The notes below the pieces were generated by a model, which ran no database searches, had not been told where the DNA came from, and saw only the letters and a list, made by a program, of their open reading frames with translations. A stretch of 64,000 nucleotides of DNA, taken from assembly GCF_036321535.1 (NCBI RefSeq), contig NC_087436.1, positions 54,810,001 through 54,874,000 on the forward strand. The letters are read 5' to 3'. The DNA is from Camelus dromedarius (taxonomy: Eukaryota). Made by a program: the position numbers and the translations under genes. Below are positions 54,168-64,000 of this stretch, piece after piece; position 1 is the stretch's first letter, and each line of letters starts with the position of its first letter.

Positions 54168-55434
54168 GAGAGACGGAGAAGATGGCGGAGTAGAAGGACG
54201 CTCGCAGGTCACCCTCTCCCACAAATACACCAAGACCCACATCTACAGACCCACTCAGCCAACCAGAGCACTTGCGGAACTCTGAGAGAACATCGCCCTC
54301 TTCAAAAGATAAAGACGCCAAAAATTTGGTAGGAGAAAAGGAAAAAAGAAATAACAAAAGGCAAAGCAGCGCGGGACGGGTCCTGCGGGGAGGGAGCGGC
54401 AAAGGAGGACTGGCGCTCGCTCGCTGGGTCTCCCCTCTCCAACTGCGAGGCCAGCGGGACGGAGGGGGAGCCTCCGAGGCTCGGATCTGTATAGAGCAGA
54501 CCTTGACTAACAGAACTAAGTTAGACGGGCACAGAACGTCCCCCCGACACCCAGCCTGAGACGCGGCCGGCAGCGGCGGGCAGGGCCAGGCTGCACAAGC
54601 CCGGCGGAGGACGGGGGCGGCTGCACGGAGGCAGCCCTGGCGGAACGCAAGGGGCTGCGCGCCGTGGCTGTGGGTGCACAGGGCAGAACAACCTGGGCCC
54701 TCCATAAAACAGCAAGGTTGATGTGCTCTCGGGGGAAGGGTGCACACCCCCATCTCTGAAAACCTGCGGAAAGTTTTCGGGGGAAGAGAGGCGGGGCTCA
54801 GGCACAGGGCCATATCCTCCGCGCTGAGCACCCAGGCGGGGGCGGGGGCGAAACCTGCATCCACACCGAAGGGCTTAGCAGCCTCAAAGGCCAGACTGAG
54901 ACTGGCCTGCAGCCCGGGGCAGATAGGATCCTTCCGTCCTGGTCCCTCAGAGAACTTGCTCCACAAAGACAAACAAGGAGCTGGGTTCTGGCTCGGAGCA
55001 GGGACAGGGCTGTCCCTTGGTCTTACCCGAGCCCACCTGCAGAGCGCCGACCAGGGAGGAGCGCGCAGCCTCACAGAGAGCGGAACTACCGGCGGCGCAG
55101 GTAGAGCGAGAGCGGCCCCTGCCTTTCGGGCAGGAACACAGCCCCTGACCGAGGTGCTGGGAGGGGGCACGACCCGCCCTCCTACCTGGCCAGTCTGCAA
55201 CATCTGACTGCGGCATCCGGAGGGGCAGCGACCCGCCCGCCCACAGCAGAGGAGAGCTGCACCTGACCCAGTGTTAGGAGGAGGCGCGATCGGCTTACCG
55301 ACAGGTGCTGGGAGCAGCACAGAAGAGAGCGCCAACGGAGGGCCTCTGAAAACACCAAGCTGAGCTTCCAAAACAGGAGGAAGACAGAAAGACTTCACAT
55401 TAAAAGCACACAGACTCCAGGAGAACACCGACAA
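54168..55434 (+). promoter_or_regulatory. L1 internal Pol II promoter / CpG-island part of the 5'UTR, with YY1 motif at 54179-54188
   Basis: The only GC/CpG-dense stretch in the window. AAGATGGCGG at the 5' end and GC boxes (GGGGCGGGG near 54838-54849). Confidence 0.85.
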
Positions 55435-55838
55435 CCCCCCCCCCCTTTTTTTTTTAATCTGTTTTTACCTGTTCTATTTTCTATTACTCTCTTAATTTTT
55501 ACATCTTAATTCATTTCTATTTCTCTTGGGTTTTGATGTCCTGTTACTGATTAGACACAGGTTTTAAATACATCTATTCATCTCCCCCCACCTTTTTTTG
55601 TAAAGGTTTTAAAAGGATGTCTCAACCTGATTAATACTCTGCTTCAACTCGCTCTTCTATTATTCATTATACACTGTTTTCAAACCCTCTTTCTCCCTTC
55701 TTTTAAAATTCTTTCTCTCTCTCTTATTTTTTTTTCTTTTTTTCCTAAGTTTTATTCCTAAATAGGTATTAGATAGATAAAATCCTTAAGGACCAAAATA
55801 AACAACTGATACTCCATAAACCACAGTGCCAGAGAGGT

Positions 55839-56740
55839 ATGAGCAAGATGAAGAAGCAGAAAAACCTTTCCCAATTAAAAGAACAAGAGAAATCCCCTGA
55901 AAGAAAGATCAACAAAATAGACATCAATAGCCTACTAGATTAAGATTTCAAAAAAGGAGTGATCAAATTGCTGAAGGAATTAAAAGAGATAGTGTTTAGA
56001 GATATAAAATATGTCAAAAATGAAATTGAAGCTATAAAGAAGAGCCAAGTAGAATGGGTAAACTCATTGACAGAGATGAGGAATGATCTAATAGCTGTGC
56101 AAAGCCGACTAGATAATGCAGGGGAACGAATTAGTGATCTAGAATACAGGGCAATAGAAAGCACCCATTCAGAAGAACTACAAGATAAGCAAATAAAAAA
56201 TAATGAAAATAGCATAAGGGACCTATGGGATAAAATAAAGCGTCCCAATCTTCACATAATAGGGGTCCCAGAAGGAGAAGAAAGATCAAAGGGGATTGAA
56301 AAGGTTTTTGAAGAAATCATGACTGAAAACTTCCCAAACTTAAAGAAGGAATCAGATATCCAAGTACAGGAAGCTCAGAGGGTCCCAAACAGGAAGAACC
56401 CAAATAGACCCACACCAAGACATATCATAATCAAGATGGCCAGAGTCAAGGATAAAGAAAGGATTCTAAAGGCAGCAAAAGAAAAGCAAAGAGTAAGTTA
56501 CAAGGGAACCCCCATAAGGCTCTCAGCTGATTTCTCTACACAAACACTACAGGCCAGAAGGGAGTGGCAAGATATATTCAAAGCCCTGAATGAAAAAAAG
56601 ATGCAGCCTAGGATCCTTTATCCAGCAAGGCTATCCTTTAGGATAGAAGGAGAAATAAAGAGTTTCACAGACAAAAAAAGCTGCAGGAGTTTAGCAACAC
56701 TAAACCCATGCTAAAAGAAATATTGAAAGGGCTATTCTAA
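55839..56740 (+). pseudogene. ORF1: L1 ORF1p (coiled-coil, RRM, CTD RNA chaperone), ~300 aa, disrupted
   Basis: ATG 55839 (MSKMKKQKN...). Motifs RPNLHIIGVPEGEE, ENFPNL, TPRHIIIK, IRLSADFS, ARREW, YPARLSF. Premature TAA at 55941-55943 and a -1 frameshift in the A-run at ~56673. Inferred native stop at 56738-56740. Confidence 0.92.
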
Positions 56741-57144
56741 ATAGAAAAGCAGCAGGATGCTACAGAAATGAGAAACTCACAACTGGAAAGGTGATAACTC
56801 ATGAATTACAAATAAAGTAAACATGAAATTATAAAAGAAGACATACAAATCACTGAGAGTGGGAGAGGGAGGCAGGGAAATATAGAATATCTTTTTCTTT
56901 CTTTTTAAAATTTTTTTAACAGTAGGATGGGTTTGAGATCATGTTACTATCAGTTTAATAAAAACAGTTATAGTAATGGGTTAATAGATTTACAAAAAAG
57001 GGTAACCACAAGCCAAAAATTTACAAAGGAGTCACAAAAATTAAATAAAATCCATGAAAATACAAAGGAAAATTACCAAACCACAAAAGGAAGAAGAAAG
57101 GAACAAAGAGGATATACCAATTCAACTGCAAAGATAAGTTCAAA

Positions 57145-60100
57145 ATGGCAATAAACACACATCTATCATTAATTACTGTAAATGTTAATGGACTAAATGC
57201 TCCAGTCAAAAGACATAGAGTGGCAGACTGGATAATAAAGCAAGAACCTTCAATATGCTGCATACAAGAGACCCACTTTAGGGAGAAGGACACATATAGA
57301 TTGAGAGTGAAAGGATGGAAAAGGATATTCCATGCAAATGGAAAAGCCAAAAAAGCAGGTGTTGCAATACTGATTTCAGACAAAATAGACTTTAAAACAA
57401 AGGCCATAAAGAAAGATAAAGAAGGACATTTTATAATGATTAAAGGAGTGATACAAGATGAGGATATTACACTCGTTAATATATATGCACCCAATATAGG
57501 AGCACCTAAGTACATACAAGAATTACTAACAGAGATAAAGGGGGATATTGATGGGAATACAATCATAGTTGGAGATTTTAACACTGCATTAACATCACTA
57601 GACAGATCTTCCAGACAGAAAATAAACAAGGCAACAGAGAAATTAAATACTACAATAGAAAAACTAGATTTGGTGGATATTTTCTGAGCATTACACCCCC
57701 CAAAAATAGGATATACATTCTTTTCAAGTGCACATGGAACATTTTCCAGGATCGATCATGTACTTGGGCGCAAAAGAAACCTCAACAATTTTAAGAAGAT
57801 AGAAATTACCTCAAGCATCTTTACTGACCACAATGCCATGAAACTGGAAATCAACAACAGAGAAACAAAGGAAAAGAAAAGGAAAGCATGGAGATTAAAC
57901 AATATGTTATTGAAAAAACAATGGATCAATGAGGAAATCAAAGCTGAAATTAAAAAATACCTTGAGACAAATGATAATGAAATCACAACCACTCAAAACC
58001 TATGGGACACAGCAAAGGCAGTGCTAAGAGGGAAGTTTATAGCGATACAGGCCTTCCTCAAAAAAGAACAACAATCTCAAATAAACAATTTAACCCACCA
58101 CCTGAATGAATTAGAAAAAGAAGAACAAAAAGCCCCAAAAAGCAGCAGAAGGAAGGAAATAATAAAGATCAGAGGGGAATTAAATACAATAGAGATTAAC
58201 AAGACCATAGAAAAAATCAACCAAACCAAAAGCTGGTTTTTTGAAAAAGTAAATAAAATCGACAACCTCTGGCCAAACTCACAAAGAAGAAAAAAGAGAG
58301 AGCACAAATTAGCAAAATAAGAAAGGAAAATGGAGAAATTACAACAAACAAAATAGAAATACAGAATACCATATGAGAATATTATGAAAAACTATATGGA
58401 ACCAAACTGGTTAACCTAGAGGAGATGGACAAGTTTCTGGAAACATACTGTCCACCAAAACTAAATCAAGAAGAATCTGAACACTTGAACAATCTGATCA
58501 CTAGAAAGGAAATAGAAATAGCAATTAAAAACCTCCCTACAAATAAAAGTCCAGGACCGGACGGCTTCACCGGGGAATTCTACCAAACATACAAAGAAGA
58601 ACTCATACCAGTCCTTCTCAAACTCTTCCAGATGATTGAAAAGGAGGGAATACTCCCAAACTCATTCTATGAAGCCACCATCACCCTGATACCAAAACCA
58701 GGCAAAGACACTACAAAAAAAGAGAATTATAGGCCAATATCACTGATGAACATAGACGCCAAAATCCTCACCAAAATTTTAGCAAATAGAATCCAACAAC
58801 ACATAAAAAAGATTATACATCATGACCAAGTGGGGTTCATCCCAGGGACACAAGGCTGGTTCAACATACGCAAATCAATCAATGTAATACATCACATCAA
58901 CAAGAGAAAGGACAAAAAACACATGATCATCTCAATAGGCAGAAAAAGCATTTGATAAAATTCAACACCCATTTATGATAAAAACTCTCACCAAAGTGGG
59001 TATAGAGGGAACATTTCTCAACATAATAAAAGCTATATATGACAGACCTACAGCCAGCATAGTACTCAACGGTGAAAAACTCAAAAGCTTCCCACTAAAA
59101 TCTGGGACAAGACAAGGATGCCCACTATCACCACTCCTATTCAACATAGTCCTGGAAGTCCTAGCCACAGCAGTCAGGCAAGAGAAAGAAATAAAAGGGA
59201 TCCAAATTGGAAAAGAAGAGGTAAAAGTGTCATTATATGCTGATGACATGTTACTATATATAGAAAACCCTAAAAGGTCCACACAAAAGCTACTAGAGCT
59301 GATTGAAGAATTCAGCAAGGTAGCAGGTTACAAAATTATCGTTCAAAAATCAGTTGCATTTCTTTACACTAACAATGAATCAACAGAAGAAGAAAGTAAA
59401 GAAACAACCCCTTTAAAATAGCACCCAAAGTAATAAAATACCTGGGAATAAATCTAACCAAGGAGGTGAAAGAATTATACACAGAAAACTATAAATCATT
59501 GATGAAGGAAATTAAAGAAGACTTTAAAAAATGGAAAGATATCCCATGCTCTTGGATTGGAAGAATCAGTATTGTTAAAATGGTCACACTGCCCAAGGCA
59601 ATCTACAGATTTAATGCAATCCCTATCCAATTACCCAGGACATATTTCACAGAACTAGAACAAATCATAATAAAATTTATATGGAACCATCAAAGACCTA
59701 GAATTGCCAAAGCATTACTGAAGAGAAAGAAAGAGGCTGGAGGAATAACTCTCCCAGACTTCAGACAATACTATAGAGCTACAGTCATCAAGACAGCATG
59801 GTATTGGTACCAAAACAGACATATAGACCAATGGAACAGAATAGAGAGCCCAGAAATGAACCCACAAACTTTTGGTCAACTCATCTTCGACAAAGGAGGC
59901 AAGAATATACAATGGAATAAAGACAGTCTCTTCAGCAAATGGTGTTGGGAAAACTGGACAGCAGCATGTAAAACAATGAAGCTAGAACACTCCCTTACAC
60001 CATATACAAAAATCAACTCAAAATGGATTAAAGACTTAAACATAAGACAAGATACAATAAACCTCCTAGAGGAAAACATAGGCAAAACATTATCTGACAT

Positions 60101-60938
60101 ACATCTCAAAAATTTTCTCCTAGAAGAAATAAAAGCAAGAATAAACAAATGGGACCTAATGAAACTTACAAGCTTCTGCACAGCAAAGGAAACCAGAAGT
60201 AAAACAAGAAGAAAACCTACGGAATGGGAGAAAATTTTTGCAAGTGAAACCGACAAAGGCTTGATCTCCAGAATATATAAGCAGCTCATACGACTCAATA
60301 AGAAAAAAATAAACAACCCAATCCAAAAATGGGCAGAAGACCTAAACAAGCAATTCTCCAAGGAAGACATACAAATGATCAAAAAGCACATGAAAAAATG
60401 CTCAATATCACTAATTATCAGAGAAATGCAAATCAAAACTACAATGAGGTATCACCTCACACCAGTCAGAATGGCCGTCATTCAAAAATCCACAAATGAC
60501 AAATGCTGGAGAGGCTGTGGAGAAAGGGGAACCCTCCTACACTGCTGGTGGGAATGCAGTTTGGTGCAGCCACTATGGAAAACAGTGTGGAGATTCCTCA
60601 AAAGACTAGGAATAGACTTACCATATGACCCAGGAATCCCACTCCTGGGCTTGTATCCAGAAGGAAATCTACTTCAGGATGACACCTGCACCCCAATGTT
60701 CATAGCAGCACTATTTACAATAGCCAAGACATGGAGACAGCCTAAATGTCCATCAACAGGTGACTGGATAAAGAAGAAGTGGTATATTTATACAATGGAA
60801 TACTATTCAGCCATAAAAACCGACAACATAACGCCATTTGCAGCAACATGGGTGCTCCTGGAGAATGTCATCCTAAGTGAAGTAAGCCAGAAAGAGAAAG
60901 AAAAATACCATCTGAGATCGCTCATATGTGGAATCTAA
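57145..60938 (+). pseudogene. ORF2: L1 ORF2p (APE endonuclease, reverse transcriptase, C-terminal CCHC), disrupted
   Basis: EN motifs (TVNVNGLN, CCIQETH, VGDFN), RT motifs ([14 protein letters not shown]) and CX3CX7HX4C. Lesions: TGA 57685, -1 at ~58265, TGA 58374, -2 at 58938/9, -1 at ~59413. Confidence 0.95.
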
Positions 60939-61289
60939 AACAAACAAACAAACAAACAAAAATACAAAACAGAAATAGATTCATAGACATAGAATACAAA
61001 CTTGTGGTTGCCAGGGGGATGGGGGATGGGAAGGGACTGGGATTTCAAAATGTAGAATAGATCAACAAGATTGTACTGTGTAGCACAGGGAAATATATAC
61101 AGGATCTTGTGGTGGCTCACAGTGAAAGAGAACGTGACAATGAATGTTCATGTATAACTGAAAAATTGTGCTCTACACTGGAATTTGACACAACATAGTA
61201 AAATGACTATAACTCAATAAAAAATGTTTATATAGAAAAAAAGTAAAGAGATTAAAGTGCACAATGGGCAAAGTGAAAGACATTGGTTC

Positions 61290-61620
61290 AATATCATCCT
61301 TTCTGTTCACCATTTAAAAACTCCAATGGCTCCTTATCTTCCACAAAAATTTTAGTCTCTGTCTGGCATTTAATGATTTCCCTCCAGTTGCTTTAAAAAA
61401 ATATTTTAGTACTTCCCATTGTGAATTCTTTACTTCAGTCAAATTCAATCAGACTCTTCTTCTGTGTCACAGCTCATGGGGTTCCCTCCATCTGAACTAA
61501 CCTTTACTCTTCCTATACAAATTGTGACCATTCTCAAAGTCCAGTTAATATCCTACTCCTTCAATGATGTCTTGTTAAATCCCCAGCAAAGAGCTAGTTC
61601 TTTCCCTCAAAATCACAAAA
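61290..61620 (+). mobile_element. L2 relic
   Basis: TTTAAAAACTCCAATGGCTCC...GTCTGGCATTTAA...CATTCTCAAAGTCCAG. Confidence 0.5.
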
Positions 61621-61690
61621 TGAGGTTTATTTGTATGTTTCAGCTCCTATTTTGCATTCAATAGCATTTCTGAATTATCTTTGCATTTAT

Positions 61691-61776
61691 CCAATGCAAA
61701 ATGTCTACTACATTAAATACACATGTAATCACCCCAATGCAAAATGTCTACTACATTAAATACATATGTAATCACC
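61691..61776. repeat. 43-bp tandem duplication (2 copies, 1 mismatch)
   Basis: CCAATGCAAAATGTCTACTACATTAAATACA(C/T)ATGTAATCACC x2. Confidence 0.95.
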
Positions 61777-63253
61777 TGACCTAGATCCTAATGAAATGCA
61801 AAGAACTTACTTTAATTTGCAAATTCAAAACTTTATTGCCCAGTCATGAAATCTATATTTCTTGTTTGACTAGTCTGACTCATTTCTGAGTGCATCATTC
61901 ACTCTAAAAAAAATAACACAAAACTGACAGACAGCGGTATTTACATGGTAATAAACTAATTATAGTGATCTATAGAAGGCCCCTCAATATCTTATATCAA
62001 ACTTTAGTCTGGCACTATCAAATAAACATACTGATCTTCCTTATTTCTTTTCTTGGTAATGAAAGATGATCTAATTCATCTCAAAGGTATGTTTGAAAGT
62101 CTAAACTGTTGACTTGCATTGCAATGAAGCTTTCTTTTTAGAACAGGAAAGGCAATATGGTTAGTGTGCAATTGCTATAATGTGGGGGAAATACAATTAA
62201 ATTTAATTAAGCAGGTTTAATGACCAAAATGTTAATACACTTCTAATTTATAATATCCAGCTTTAATGTGTTTTGTCTGATGAATTCATAGTGCCTCCCA
62301 ACATTCATTTGGCTTGACTCTGCTGCCTGTCACAGAAGGAAGCTGAATGGTTCAGAGAGAAGAATAAACAAATCTCCTGCTTGTGTACCATGTTTACTTA
62401 TGGCCTATTTGGGTTATAATAAAATGAAACAGTTAGGCAGACTAGTGTCGATCCTGAAGGATAAGACACGGAGAAGCTAAAAGTGAAAATAAAAGAAAGA
62501 CAATATAAATAAACACAGATCAGATAATTATGTTTCCTCATTAACTCTCATTGCAATCTTGTAAATGAAATTAAATATCCTGCTATGTTTAGAAGACTAG
62601 ATGCATTCCATTACCAGGATCTACCTGCTAATAAAATAAAAATATTCTGCTTTTTAGATTGAAATTTGGGTTAATTCTACTGTCTTGCCTAATGGGACCA
62701 GGCAACTAATACTTACTAAAGGCATCAAAGTTACCTTTTAAAAATAAGTACAAAGTCATGAAACTTTATAAATTGCAATGCCAAGGATTTTGTCTGTGCT
62801 TGTTTTGCGCATTTGCCTTTTACAATGAGGAGTTTAAATATGTAATTCTCTAAAGGTAATTTCACAATGTTTTCTTTTGTCTTCAGGAGAAAAATCTAAT
62901 AAGGATGATAAAAAAGAATTTATTTTATTTTATCCTTTTAGAGAACAATGGCTTTTGGAATACGTAACCTTTCACTGAATGAGTAACTCTGATTTAAATA
63001 AAATATACTCCAGTACTACTTTCTTTTTTAGGGAATTTAGATATATGGTTGATAGGTGACTAGATAGAGGGGACGCAGGGAGAAACTTCTGTACTTGCTG
63101 CACACAATATTGTATGTAGTAAATGTACATAGTGCTTAAAAAGAAGATTTGATTCTTGGGAAGCAGTTAGATAATGATATTGGGAAAGAAGCCTGAAAGA
63201 AAGGAGCCCAAAGTACGAAAGAGGGAACATGACTCAGTGCAGCACTTTCCAAA

Positions 63254-63428
63254 CAGTGCTTCTCATACCACCTGCACTACGATGAACTAGAATGTGCAAT
63301 AAATATGTAAATTCTCGGGCCCAGTCCAAACACACTGGGTCAAAATCTTTCAGTGTGGACAAAAGCATCTAAATATTTAACAGACATCCTTGGTAATTCT
63401 GAAGCACATAAAAAATTGAGAACCACTG
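63254..63428. mobile_element. MER5-like hAT-Charlie MITE
   Basis: Terminal inverted repeats CAGTGCTTCTCA ... TGAGAACCACTG, ~175 bp. Confidence 0.75.
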
Positions 63429-63489
63429 CTAATGAAGAGAGTACATTTTAAAAGTTTTATAAGTATAATAATAACTGTTTAAAAAAGCA

Positions 63490-63800
63490 TCAGGGCACTC
63501 ATCTTTAGTACTTTCTCCATCTTTTCTTACCTTTTTAATTTACCATTTCTACTTCATGGTTCTCTGCAGATTTCCTGCTATACCTGTAGTCTACCAGGTG
63601 GAAGATAATTGCATCATGAAGCCCGTATCTTTACATCTTTGTTCAGAAACCAGCCAAGTCTGAGACTACATTCACTTGGCCTCAATTCCAAATTTCTAGG
63701 AAGAAATTCTCCTGGCTTAGCTTGAACTAAGTGCCCAACCTCTGTTCAATAAGCTATGCCCAGCAAGACAGGGCCATGAAATAAAACATGGTTACATAGT
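63490..63800 (-). mobile_element. Old MLT1 (K-M-like) LTR fragment
   Basis: TGGCTTAGCTTGAACTAAGTGCCCAACCTCTGTTCAATAAGCTATGCCCAG resembles the MLT1 core. Confidence 0.5.
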
Positions 63801-64000
63801 CCCTACCCCAACTACCTATGAATTCATTTACGAAAATATTGAACATATGTTTGACAAAGACAGGACACTACAACCAAAATAAGATAATGAGCAATTAGGT
63901 GTGAGGAAGAGATGTTCCCTATGATAAACAAATCATTATATTCTGGGCAGATAACTTAATAAAACATGTCAGTCAGAGGTACCAAAATAGTGGTAAGAAT

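Larger units (their letters stand above)
54168..61242 (+). mobile_element. Full-length young LINE-1 (~7.07 kb): 5'UTR, ORF1, ~400-bp spacer, ORF2, 3'UTR, degenerate A-tail; both ORFs disrupted
   Basis: Starts at a YY1-like AAGATGGCGG, then a CpG-rich UTR, ORF1 and ORF2 (EN, RT, CCHC) peptides, and AATAAA at 61216-61221. No TSD found. Confidence 0.97.

Noticed and set aside
58938..59421. The -2 and -1 deletions sum to -3 and could be compensatory frameshifts
   Set aside because: The shifted frame hits TGA at 58953-58955 almost immediately and the catalytic aspartate codon is lost, so function is not restored.
57021..60436. Long antisense ORFs opposite L1 ORF2 (e.g. 57021-57629, 59876-60436; also 23098-23780, 36418-36833)
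   Set aside because: These are shadow ORFs of A-rich L1 coding sequence, giving F/L/S/I-rich peptides with no independent evidence of coding.
1..64000. CRISPR arrays, operons, prokaryotic defence systems, rRNA or host protein-coding exons
   Set aside because: The sequence is mammalian and repeat-rich. I found no repeat-spacer arrays, rRNA similarity or recognisable host protein segments, although very short exons could be missed by eye.

Overview
This is AT-rich mammalian genomic DNA with no host protein-coding gene that I can support, so it is probably intergenic or deep intronic. A tRNA-Ala-derived vic-1-type SINE suggests a camelid. The window is dominated by transposable elements. There is one full-length (~7.1 kb) young LINE-1 at 54.2-61.2 kb, with a CpG-rich 5'UTR and disrupted ORF1 and ORF2. 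There are also several 5'-truncated L1s with target-site duplications (TSDs), some nested in older L1s or LTRs, plus solo LTRs (MER21, MER41-like, other ERV1, MLT1, MLT2), MER5/MER2 DNA transposons and L2/MIR relics. Nearly all long ORFs in the track are L1 fragments or their antisense shadows. The most interesting observation is that two separate young L1 copies (22.3-26.0 kb minus, 54.2-61.2 kb plus) share three identical ORF2-inactivating lesions, one of which removes a catalytic RT aspartate. This suggests an ORF2-dead, trans-mobilised (non-autonomous) L1 lineage. The full-length copy also has a 1.28-kb antisense ORF across the GC-rich 5'UTR that runs off into flanking DNA. All repeat family names come from recalled consensus sequences, not database searches.
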